From Sminthopsis crassicaudata (Eukaryota): a stretch of 64,000 nt of DNA. Both the position numbers and the translations under genes were made by a program. Positions 48,591 through 60,140 of this stretch are shown here, piece by piece. Under the pieces are notes generated by a model. It worked only from the letters and a program-made list of their open reading frames with translations. It was not told the DNA's origin and did not search any database. The stretch lies in the NCBI RefSeq assembly GCF_048593235.1, contig NC_133617.1, positions 385,520,067-385,584,066 of the forward strand, given 5' to 3'. How positions within the stretch are numbered: the first letter of the stretch is position 1; every line of letters begins with the position of its first letter.

Positions 48591-51500
48591 CCTATGGACC
48601 AACTTCTTCCATAGCATCGTTTGTCCACTGAATTGTTCTGGATTGTTATATCTTCATCAGAAGCTGAAGCAGGAGTCCCAGAACCACTCGTCCATGGACT
48701 ATTTCCCCTAGAATATAACCTGTCCTCACTCTGATCTTTCACCAAATGTGAAAGGGAAGGTGATTCATCAAGGTTTGAGAGGCTTTCAGGTGCAAGGCCA
48801 AGGGATCTTCTCGGAGTAATTTCTAGCTCAGTTTTAAAGTGGGCAGCTACAGGTTCCACTGAGTACTCCTCATCACAGAGCTTGTCAAGGTCTGGCATGC
48901 TTAAAGCCCTTAGCTCTCTAAGTTTAGAGCGGGATAAAGGACATGGTCGGGCTGAGCCTCCTGCTGTCCTGTTCCTCCTGATGTGAGAAGCCGTGGTCAC
49001 TGATGGATTGTAACTCGCTGGGGGGTCAAGAAACTTTTTGTGGTTCAAACCAGGGCTGTCTCTTCTGCCTTCTACTGGATTCAGTGGAGAAGCCAGAAGA
49101 GCCATAGTAGATGTTGATTTGTTTAGCTGGGGGGCCAATGAAATGGAATCATTTTGGTTTTCACCACATGAGCTCAAGCTTCGACGTAAGGACCTTGAGG
49201 TGTCACTTGAGTTGCTGGGAGTTCCTGAAGATATAGTTCCTGATGATCTCCTCCCAATAGGTGGTTTAGAGTTCATGGACACTGCTGAAGGGAAATCAAT
49301 GGATTTCACCACAGGCCTATCAAAACTGGCAAGATTCTCAAAAGATTTGATCCTCTGTTTCACAGAAAAAGATGAGGTAGGTTCATGGGGCCAGTTTAGC
49401 TCATAATAATAATGCCTCCTGTTGGATCTTATTCTATCTGTGATAAGGCAGTTTGTTTCCTGGGTACCAAGGGCACTAGCACCTCCCTGTTCTCTTTTTT
49501 GGATGCTCTGGGAAGTCTCTGAAAGTTGTTTTTCTCCTTGTATACCTTGTCCATTAACTAGGCCAAGAAGGCCACCTTTAAATATTCTTGTCTCAGGAAC
49601 ACAAGCACACTTCTCATTTACTACAGAATTCTGGCTGTTTTGAACAGGGCATCCTGTAGATTGCCTGGAATGGCTTTCCCCTCCAAAATGGCTTGCAAGT
49701 TGTGCTGGCATGGAATAAGTTCTGGTAACAGGCCTTGGGGAGCAGTAGGGACTGTCATTCAGAGTAATGACATTTTTGGAGTTCCCAGAAGGTTCAGACA
49801 TCTGATTTGTTTTCTTCTGGTTATAAGCTGTCTTTTCTACAGGTAGAGGTGGGGAAGGACACACAGGCAAGAAGAAGGAGGAAGAGGAAGAGAGTCTCAC
49901 CTCAATGAAACTTCTTTGGATTTCTTGTCCTTCTGGGGGATTTTCCTTATTGGAGTGAGAAGCCAGAGGTGGTTGACTTGGAGGAAGTTCTCCTCTTTTG
50001 TGACAAAGCTTGTTTTCACCTTTTTTGTGACTATTTTCTTGAATGGAGAGCCCTCTTTGGTCACTTTCAGTTAACTTGTCATCTCCTGGGCTTTTGGGGT
50101 TTCTTTCAGGAGAGATAGCAATTATTTTTACCTGGTTCATTCTATCTCGAGAATCCCCAGCAGCTCCCTTGCTCCCCTTTTCACCAAGCCCACCAAGGAG
50201 AGCTGAGGCTTCTTTTGGGTTGGAAAGGCCAAATTCATTTCGTCCAAGAAATGTATTTTCATTTGTATTTCCAGTTATAGGGATGCCTCCATCTGACACT
50301 GGGGAACTCATTGGCCCAGACACAGCCAAAGCCAATTTACTCTCTTGTCTACACGTAGGAGACTTGGGAGTTGTGGGGCAACTTTTGTCTGGTTCTCCAT
50401 GGACAGCAATGCTCCGAGAGCCCAACACTTTCTTAGAAAGGGTTTTGGGAGAGGTTTGGGGTGAAGTAAAGATTTTTCTCTGCTCTGTCCCACTGACCTT
50501 AGCAGTTTGGATAGCAGTGGAGGCCTCTGTGTTGGTTTTGTTCTTGCTTTTGATGCTGAGGCCTTTTAGCTTTGGCCCTGACTTAGGTTTGTGATTGTTA
50601 TTAAGAAGTGTTTCCATAAAACTTTTGGGTGTTGACCCTTTTGTTTCAGGATTTGATTTTGGTTGAGATGAAGGACTGTGCAGAGTAGTAACCCCCTTAA
50701 TATGGTTTGTGCTGGTAGTGGGAGTTTTAGTGTTGGAGCTTTTTGTTGCAGATATACACTGCTCCTTTTCATTTCTGTTTTGCATGCTATGGTTAATTTT
50801 GCTAGGATCTTTATACTGGGCTAGAAGGGGACCCCTAACTGTTTTTTCTGGTCCTTGTCGCAAGTCCCCTAAGTCCTGACTTTCAGATATATGAAGGCTG
50901 GTCAAATCACATTCTTCATTCGTATATGAGCCTGGATTCGAAGAGAATTGTGTGCATCTATGACTATCAACTACTTTAATGGTTGCTTCTTGCTTCTTGC
51001 ATTGGGATTTGTTGTCTAACAAGCTGTGCTCTAGGCCATTGATCAATCTGGGGCTGATGGAGATCGGGGGCTTGTGCACAAGGCCACTGCCTCTGGAAGA
51101 CTCACAGGTTTCCAGAGCTTTACCAGTGCTGGCTTCTTGAATTTTCCCCTCTGTGTGTAAGGCTCTGCATCCTTGTGGAGTATTTCCATCTGAACATGCT
51201 AAGCTCTCCTGAGAGCCCTTATCTAACTGGGAGGAAGGAACTGAGTCCAAAGGAACTGTTCTCCCTGCATTGGCCTGCTGGTAAGAGTTGGGGTTTATAG
51301 TTGTTTCTGGGCCAAAGGAAGGTGTTGCACAAGGTGTTGGCTGTAAACCACCCATAACAGTATTTTCTAATGGTGAAACTTTGGCTACTGATAGGTAAGG
51401 TGAAAGCCCACAGTTTATCTTTTGAGGTGAATTTTGTTTAACTGTGCTGTGTTCCATCTGCTTCACAGCAGGACTGAGTTGCTGCTCCACCAGAGAGGGT

Positions 51501-52281
51501 GGCTTTGGCTGAGTATTCATGCAACAAATTTCAATTTGCTCCTCGTCTGACTCTGGGGCATTGTATATCTGAGAAGAGCAAGATGGTGGATGAGATGGTG
51601 TGTTGCCCCTGATGGGGGTGGATGAGGCTTCTGTGAGGGATTCTGGGTCTGAGTGCGAATCCTCAGCAGCTCCATACATAGACTTTGGTGATGGCTCAGT
51701 AGTCTCAGTTTCCCCATGGCCAAGTGAGGATAAGCTGGCTTCATGTAAGCTGCTAAAATTCCTAGAATAGCTACTCAAACAGTTTTTATTCACAGTAAAA
51801 TGCTTGCCTGGATTAATTGAATCCAAAACTGAAAAGTTAGAGGTCCACTGAGGCTGAGGCAGTGAAGGCCCACAGCTTATCTTTTGAGGTGAGTCTTGTT
51901 TAACTGTGCTCTGCTCCATCTGGCAGGAGCTCCTGCTTTTTGCCCAAGAGTGCCTCTGAGAAGCTACGTCACCACAAGGGGCTCCTGCTTTTGGAAGACG
52001 CTCAGTTCTTCCTTCACAAGCATCTAACTCACTGATGATGCTGTCAATGTCAGTCACCGGCATCTCCTCTGAACCACGGACTCTTAACCCACTACCTATT
52101 TGCATTTCTTTGGTACCGACAGTAGATGGCAGTATGGGACCAGATTGCATAGTTCCCTCTGTTTCAGAGGCTGAAGTTCCTTTTGGATGGGTTTCTCTGG
52201 CGGCCAGAGTCACACTGAAGTCAGTATTAATCAGCTCCTTCTCCCTTGATGATTCAAGGTGGTCCTGTGAGCCATCCATAG
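48591..52281 (-). CDS. PDZD2: PDZD2 giant exon (3691 bp), Ser/Pro-rich low-complexity region
   Basis: 1230-aa ORF with motifs recognised from PDZD2/pro-IL-16 (PVTDIDS, SVLDSINP.KHFTVNKN, SVKQRIKSFENL, LRELRALSMPDLDKLC). Acceptor tctaaacag|CT (phase 1), donor GG|gtaagt (phase 2). Confidence 0.95.
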
Positions 52282-52750
52282 CTGTTTAGAGAGAGAAAAG
52301 GAGGAGGGGGTAAAGTAGGATGAGAGGAGGGCTCTGGTAGTAAACAGAGGTCAACCATGATACAGTTGGGAAAACACTGAATTTTGAATCCATGTATTAC
52401 TTTACTTGTGACACTGGGTAAATCACTCCTGAAATCCCATGATCCTACCTAAACATTCTAATGAAATGGAAATTTAATCTTAGTTTTAGAAAATTTATCT
52501 ACAATAGGTTTTAGACTGTCTTCTCTGCTAAGTTTCATTTGCTTAGTAAAATTAATTTTTAAAATAGCAGAAATATACATGGTCTTTAAGGATCACAAAA
52601 TATCATGTATATATTAACTCATTTAAGTTTCAAAACCCATGAGGTAGGTCTCAAAAGCTTTTGTCCATTTTACACAATTAGAAATTGAAATTCCAAAAGG
52701 CTAAATGATTTGCTATGATCCCATATCTAGAACTTCAGCCCCACAGCTTT

Positions 52751-53466
52751 TTTTTTTATTATTTAGAATTTTTTTCACAGTATATATGCATGAGTAATTT
52801 TTTTTTATAATATCCCTTGTATTCATTTTTCCAAATTATCCCCCCCCCTTCATTCCCTCCCCCCGATGACAGGCAGTCCCATACATCCTACATGTGTTAC
52901 AATAAAACCTAGATACAATATATGTGTGTAAATACCATTTTCTTGTTGCACATTAAGTATTAGATTCCGAAGGTATAAGTGACCTGGGTAGAAAGACAGT
53001 AGTGCTAAAAGTTTACATTCAATTCCCAGTGTTCCTTCTCTGGGTGTAGTTATCTCTGTCCATCATTGATCAACTGGAAGTGAGTTGGATCTTCTTTATG
53101 TTGAAGATATCCACTTCCATCAGAATACATCTTCATACAGCATTGAAGTGGACAGCGATCTTCTGGTTCTATTCATTTCACTTAGCATCAGTTGATGTAA
53201 GTCTCTCCAAGCCTCTCTGTATTCCTCCTGCTGGTCATTTCTTACAGAGCAATAGTATTTCATAACCTTCATATACCATAATTTACCCAACCATTCTCCA
53301 ATTGATGGGCATCCATTCAATTTCCAGTTTCTAGCCACAACAAAAAGAGCTGCCACAAACATTTTGGCACATACAGGTCCCTTTCCCTTCTTTAGTATTT
53401 CCTTGGGATATAAGCCCAATAGCAGCAATGCTGGGTCAAAGGGTATGCACAGTTTGATAACTTTTT
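52751..53466 (-). mobile_element. Young 5'-truncated L1 (ORF2 C-terminus plus 3' UTR and A-tail)
   Basis: ORF2 tail LLGLYPKEI...CPSIGEWLGKLWY. 14-bp TSD AGCCCCACAGCTTT at 52737-52750 and 53467-53480. Confidence 0.92.
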
Positions 53467-54689
53467 AGCCCCACAGCTTTCAAAACCAGGGTTCTTTTCC
53501 CTGCAGGATACTACTAATTTTCCAGTATCATCATGTTTCAGAATTCCTAAAAATAATTTGTAGTACTAGATTTGTTTCTTGTTTCTGCTTAGTTCCTCTC
53601 TTCTACTGCTTTGTAAAGTTCACTGCCAAGCAAATGGAAATAGGTTATAGGGTTGGACCTACTAAAACTTTGTTCTTTGATTAACAAGTGAGTAGCACTC
53701 TCTCTAGGACTTCTTTACAAGTCCTTAGGAGTTTTCACCTCAATTGGTCCTTCCTCTAGTACCTAACATTGTCTAGCTCTCAGTGCAAGGGGCCAGCCTG
53801 AAATGTGAAAGGTAATGTAGGACTTGTGTCAAAAAAGAAAATTTAAAAATAACAGACAAAACTAACTTGCAAGGAAAAATATAAAATAATATTTTTAAAT
53901 GACATAGTTCAGCTCCAAATCTTTTGGTATATGCTGTAGGAAAAAAATCAAAAAGTAAAGGTGAGAGAGGAATGAAGCAATGAGTATCTGCTCACTGGGG
54001 CATTTCAAGCCCAGGCTGAATGACCAATGGTCAGGGACATTATATATGCAATTCCCTACTATATGCAATAGATGGCTTTGGATCCTTCTTCTCACCTCCA
54101 AGACTCTATAGCAATGATAGCTAAAGAAAATGGTAGTCTAAAGGCCCTGAACAACAGGCCGACTAAAGAGTGAGCAGGCATTCTGTGAGATAGGAGAGAG
54201 GCACTGTATCTTGCCACTGGATCCATTAGGGTACTGGAGGAGAGACTGAGGGGGTCAGGCCCTGGTTCACTTAAATCCGATGTCAGGCCATCACCTCCCT
54301 GATGTTAGTAGTCTTTACCAGAACGGAGGTCCAGCTATAATCCATGAGCAATGGTAGCTGTCCCACTGGAGACTCAACTCATCAGCTCTAGGTAAGCAAT
54401 GTGGCTCCTTTCTTCCTTCCCCTCCCTCCTCTTCCCCTGTCCACATAGGGAATCACATGGGAATCCATAGATTCAGAATCTGTAGAGACTATGCCCAAAA
54501 GAATATAAATTTTGGTTGCTGGAACTTCATAAGATATCATTTCTTTTTTTTCTCTTACCTACTTATTTTTTTTTTTCTTTTTAAAGTAGAATAATTAACT
54601 CTTTTGCCCCAAGTGGCTTAATTTATGATTTCTTGTAATGCAGCATTGACAAAACTCTTTCCAATTCATATGGAGCCACTTGACCATAG

Positions 54690-56165
54690 TTTAAACCTAA
54701 ACCCTTTGAAAAGGGGAACCAAGATTGTAGAGTAAAGGCAAAAACTTGCCCAACCTCTCCCCTAAACTTCTCCAAATTCCTTTTAAATAATGACTCTAAG
54801 CAAATTTTAGAGCATCAGAACACCCAAAAAGAAAGAACATTTTCCAGAGGGAGACAACTTAGAAGCTCAGCAGAAAAGATGGCAGTCCCAACCCCAGCCC
54901 CAGCTGCAGTCACAGCCTTGTAGACCTCTGAATCAGCAGCATTCCTGGTGGTTTCCAGACCTCTCAGCCCAGAGATGCTAAAGAGGAGCTGGAAGGTTAG
55001 CAAAAAAGGTCTGTGGAACCAGTGTGGGACCCCAGAGCATGATCCTTTATGCAATCCCAGCATAAGCCCAGCACTGGCCCTAGCTCTGGCCCAGACCCCA
55101 GTATCAGCAAATAGGGACCTCTGAATCAGCAGCAGCGCTGGAGGCTTCTGGACCTCTCAGCCCAGACACACCAGGGAGGACTCAGAAGGTCATGGAGAGG
55201 GTCTGTGGCAATGGAGTGGATGTCTGGTGTGCAGTCCTAATGCAGCCCTGGCCAGCAGAGCCCCAGCCCCGGGCCAGCATACTAGATCTCACAGCTACTG
55301 TGGGGCAGGGACACACCTAACAGCTCCAGGGCAGAAAAGAGTGCTTGTGGTCAGATTCCTAGAAGGATTTCTGAAAAGAGCTGCACAAAACTCTGGAAGC
55401 TTAGAACAGTGCACCCTCCACCTTGGAAACAGAACCCTATTTAACAAAGAGTTAAAGCAGAGTAATAGGCTAGGAAAATGAGCAGAAAACAAAAAAGTTT
55501 CTTATCAATTAAAGTTATTATTATAATAAATAAAATTATTATAAAATTATTAGGTGGCAAGGAGGATCAAAACATACACCCAGAAGATGATAAAGTCGAA
55601 GCTCTTATATCCAAAGCCTCCAAGAAAAATAAAAACTGGATTCAGGCTACGGAAGAGCTCAAAAGAGACTTTGAAAATCAAGTAAGAGAGATAGAAGAAA
55701 AAATTATGGAAAGGATTGAGAGAGAAGTGCAAAAGGAAATACAAAAAAGAAATGATGAGAAGAAGAATGTCTTAAAAAGCAAAGCTGGTCAATTGGGAAA
55801 GGAGATAGAAAAGCTCATGGAGGAAAATAATTCCTTAAAAAATAGAATTAAGCAAATGAAAGCTAATGACTTTATGTGAAATCAAGATACAATAAAGCAA
55901 AACCAAAAAGAAAAAGAAAGAAAGAAAAAATAGAAAACATGTGAAATATTTCTCACTGTAAAAACAGCCAACCTGGAAAATGATCTAGGAGAGAGAATTT
56001 TTAAATTATTGGTCTGCCTGAAGGTCTTGATTTAAAAAAAAAAAGAGCCTTAACAAGGTAATTTCAGGAAATTATGAAGGAAAACTATCCTGATATTATA
56101 TAACCAGAGAATCAAAGAATCCACCAATCACCTCCTGAAAGAGATGCCAAAATGAAAACTCCTAG
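54690..56165 (+). mobile_element. L1 5' portion: 5' UTR with ~193-bp repeated unit plus degraded ORF1
   Basis: ORF 55478-55879 is a coiled-coil ORF1-like sequence (EELKRDFENQVREIEEK...EENNSLKNRI), continuing degraded to ...PPERDAKMKTP. 5' boundary approximate. Confidence 0.8.
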
Positions 56166-56430
56166 TGTTATGCCACAGTTCTCTTTTATTGTCCTGACTC
56201 AGTTTCCCTAATTATTCTGACTCAGTCCTACCTGGGTTTCCCTGCTTCTCAGTTCTGCAAAACCTTCCCTTCCTCTTGATAGAATATCAGAATGCCTCTC
56301 CCCATCCCAAACTATTAGAATATCAGATACTGTCTTATCAAGATGCCTCTCCCCACATCCAGGGTGCCTCCCCCTGATTATATCATCTTATCTCCCGAGG
56401 CTCACCCCACCTTGTCAGAGTCCCATTCCA
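56166..56430. mobile_element. LTR-like fragment abutting the L1 ORF1 remnant
   Basis: Begins TGTTATG and has internal short direct repeats (tagaatatcaga x2, atgcctctcccca x2). No second end found. Confidence 0.4.
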
Positions 56431-56737
56431 AAATTTTCCCCCTCACTTCATCCCCTCTCTCTCCCCTAAAACAATAATCATTCTGATACAGGTTCTACAT
56501 GTAGAACATATTTCCATAATAGTCATGTTGTGAAAGAAGGAAAAGACCTGAATGAAGCTAGCTACTCTTCTACATGCGGACAATGGCCTGCACACATAGA
56601 AATAAATATGATGTGATTACACAGTAATTTGGAAGAGGTCATATTAAAAGCTGAGGAGAAGTGTTCAGGAAAGGCAGCAATCTAATTCTGAATAGCTAAT
56701 TTCTAAATCTCCAATATAGCCCAGTCTTCCATTTTCT

Positions 56738-57104
56738 TTTCTTTTCTTTTTCTTTTTGATAAGAAAAATTCTTTTTTTTATTAATTTTTATAATTATAAC
56801 ATTTTCTTTGACAGTACATATGCATTGGTAATTTTTTTTTTTTTTTACAACATTTTCCCTTGTACTCCCTTCTGTTCCGAAATTTTTCCCTCCTTCCCTC
56901 CACCCCCTCCCCTAGATGGCAGGCATTCCCATACATATTAAATAGCTTATACTATATCCTAGGTACAATATATATGTGCAGAACCGAATTTTGTTGTTGT
57001 TGTTGTTGCAAAGGAAGGATTGTATTCAGAAGGTAAAAATAATCTGGGAAGAAAAACAAAACAAAACAAAACAAAACAAAACAATGCTCACAGTTTACAC
57101 TCAT
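56738..57104 (-). mobile_element. Young 5'-truncated L1 3' UTR fragment
   Basis: Marsupial L1 3' end with T-rich tail. 17-bp TSD CCAGTCTTCCATTTTCT at 56721-56737 and 57105-57121. Confidence 0.85.
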
Positions 57105-57445
57105 CCAGTCTTCCATTTTCTAAGAATCAAACTTTCCTCTGGAGGCAGACTCAAGTTACCATAGGGATCAAATTTCTTAAGAGTCAATAGCTATTAAAAA
57201 TTAGATGCCTTAGAGAAAATGAAAACAAGTAACATGTTTCAGCCACATAGTAGGTCCATATAAAAAATTAACAGAACTGGGACCCCAGCAAAACTCCTAA
57301 AGAACAAAAATAAAATAAAAAATAAAAATTTTTAAAAGACTTAAAATTTTTTTCCAGCCTCATTCATTGTGTATAAGTATTTTTTAAAAATATGAATCTT
57401 TTAAAAAAAATATGAATATGAATCTTTTAAAAAAATAAACATAAA

Positions 57446-57517
57446 CTTGTGCAAGGGCCATGCTAATATTCTCTGTTATCATTCCAGTTTTAATCCTTGT
57501 GCTGCTAAAATAAGCAC
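57446..57517 (-). pseudogene. 3'-truncated U6 snRNA retrocopy (~first 72 nt)
   Basis: The reverse complement matches the U6 5' part (...AACAGAGAATATTAGCATGGCCCTTGCACAAG vs U6 ATACAGAGAAGATTAGCATGGCCCCTGCGCAAG). Flanked by repeated AAAATATGAATAT. Confidence 0.85.
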
Positions 57518-59995
57518 AAAATATGAATATTTTCAAGGCAATAGAAGATATTGGGATTTAAAGACTTAAGCCATTATGCCAAAGACTCAAGCCCAGGTTT
57601 TCTGATTCCACACTCAGTGTTGTTCAAACTAAATCCCATTATTGTCCTTTTACCTATTCAATGGATCCTAGATCTAAAAAAGATCTTGAAGGTTGCCTAG
57701 TCCTACTGTTAAATATGAGGCCCAAGAATTGTGGTGCTTGCCCAAGCATCCATAGTGAATATATAGCAGAAATGGGATTCAAATCAAGGACTTCATAACC
57801 AGTACTCTACCATTGTACTCTCAGCTGATCTTTTTAGAACTCTACTATCCTTTTATCTTCTGCCTGCTTCAATTTCTTCAACTGTAAAATGAGATTAATA
57901 ATAGTACCTTCCTCAAAGTATTGTTATAAAGGTCAAACCAAAATAACCTTTGGAAAGTTTACTTAACCCAGAGCCTGGAGTTTTATAGGTGTTTAGTAAA
58001 GGCTTGTTCCCTTCCCTACTAGGAACACAATTAAAAATTAGAAATTGTTTTTAAAAGAGGGAGGGGAAGAAGCAGCCAGATAAAGGTTAAAAAAATCCAT
58101 GGACAAAAGGCCATATATCTTACTTATAGGAGAATCCTTCATGCCCTCAGTTAAAACAAACTTAGAATTCTAAGAAGTTTGTTTATTTAGACTTTAGGAC
58201 CAATGTTGACATCAAGGTAAGTAAGGACCAACTACAAAAAACAGACACAAGCTCCGAAGTCATAGCAATTTGGGAACATCTATTATGGGGCTAAACGGCC
58301 TTATTATATATCTGAATGAATAATATTCAGAATGATGACCCTCAGGAAAAGGTAAAATTTGTTCTTTATACTTTGTTTTTAAAAGGAGAGAAGAAAAAAA
58401 ATTTACATGATAATTTTGTTATATATCTAAAAGTGACAGCAAGTTATAGTTGTACAAGTTTGCAGTTTTATATACAATCATCTTTTCAATTGTACTGTTA
58501 TAGAAATGCTTGTTTTATCCCATAAATTTAAAAAATTTTTTAAACAAAGCAAGGGAAATTTCATCATATTTTAGAAAGATTTTCATCAAAAATACTAACA
58601 AAGTTTTATACTCATCAGGAACTTTCATATATCTATGGAACACCTTATTTAAACCATTTATACAAACAACTTGTCAAATGTGAAGTCTAACAAATGTGAA
58701 GTGAAACTAGTCCCTGTGAAGGCTAAGCATTTTAGGAGAATTTTCAGATTATAAATAGCCAAAGAAATCATATGGTTTCTAAGACATCACATTAAACTAT
58801 CATTAAAAGTTTGTATCTTAGTGGTACAGTTTTCCTTCACCATTGTTACTACTCTGTTTAAAAGAAAGGCTGACGGGGAGATAAAACCACAGATATTATG
58901 TTATGTTATATTATAGCAAGAAGGGACCTAAAAACTAGCTCCTCTGGAACTCAAGTCTTCTTGACTCCAAATTCAGCTCTCAAATTACTGAATCACTTAG
59001 CTGTCTCAATAGAGTTAAGCCAGGGAGCATGGCTATTTGCTGGACTTGCCTTTCTAAAACAAATCTGACACAGAAAAAGTACTAGAAATGACAAGTAAAC
59101 TATATGAACTTTTGACAACTGTATTGATAATCATAGAATTTTAAATATATTTTTCTTTAAAAATCAAGTTTTATAAAAACAGAATTCTATTTTATATTAC
59201 ATACAAAACTATATTGTTAGCATACAGAATATTTCTTTGTTTATGTTATACTATATAACTTCTGGTTATTTAGATTTCCTTGGTCTAGTTACCCCAACTG
59301 GAAGTTGTGAGCTTTGTAAGCGCAGGAAGGAGGCAGTGGTCAGAGAAGCAGGGTTTGAATCTAGCCTCTTGACACTTTCTGCCTCTGTGACCTTGGGTTT
59401 GTTTTCTTGATCTCCATGGGATTCTTTTTTTTCATGTATAAAGTGAAGGTGTTATACTAGAAGGTTTAACTCTACATGTATGATTTCCATATATTATGAA
59501 TTTAATCCTTTTCTTCTTTTTCATATTATAGTAAATGTTGACAAAAAAAAGTAGACATGGATATTTCTACATGCAAAGGAGAACAGAAAGAGGATCATCT
59601 ATGAAATTACAAAACCTCAAGTATATGTTCTTTGGTTTCTTTTCAAAGCATATACACACATGTATATATGTGCATGCACATACACATATACTTACACATA
59701 TATGCTGCCTAAATGTCTCTATGCACATATATATGTATATATATACTTAGCTTTCATACCTAACTTATTACAGTATTTTTGACACAAAGGGTGACCAATA
59801 AATCCTGACTACTGAATAAAAATTAACATTCACTATGCTAGATTAAAATTCCTCATTAATGAAGAGTCTACTTAATAATACAATAATAATACAATACAAT
59901 CTCTTATTTCCATAATTTTAAATTGTTGGTTCAAAAACATATGCTATTGTTATACCATCCTCTTCCTCACTTTTAAACAAATGAAACCATCTTAC

Positions 59996-60140
59996 CAGAT
60001 AATGATCGATGCACCACCAAAGTCAGGGCCATAGGCAAGTTCTTTATAACCTGGCAGGCTTCCTGATAAGACAAGGAATTGATTGGAGCACCATTGAAAG
60101 AAACAATCTCATCCCCAACACTCAGCTGTCCTGTTGATTC
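59996..60140 (-). CDS. PDZD2: PDZD2 coding exon (145 bp), C-terminal half of central PDZ domain; not in ORF track
   Basis: tttgtgctag|GAA...TCT G|gtaaga. Translates ESTGQLSVGDEIVSFNGAPINSLSYQEACQVIKNLPMALTLVVHRSLS with a GDEI..NG PDZ signature. Phase 0 in, phase 1 out, matching both neighbours. Confidence 0.92.

Noticed and set aside
49038-52289. Plus-strand ORFs of 68-183 aa overlapping the giant exon (e.g. 50043-50594, 49038-49406)
   Set aside because: Antisense shadows of a long coding exon, with no recognisable domains or independent gene structure.
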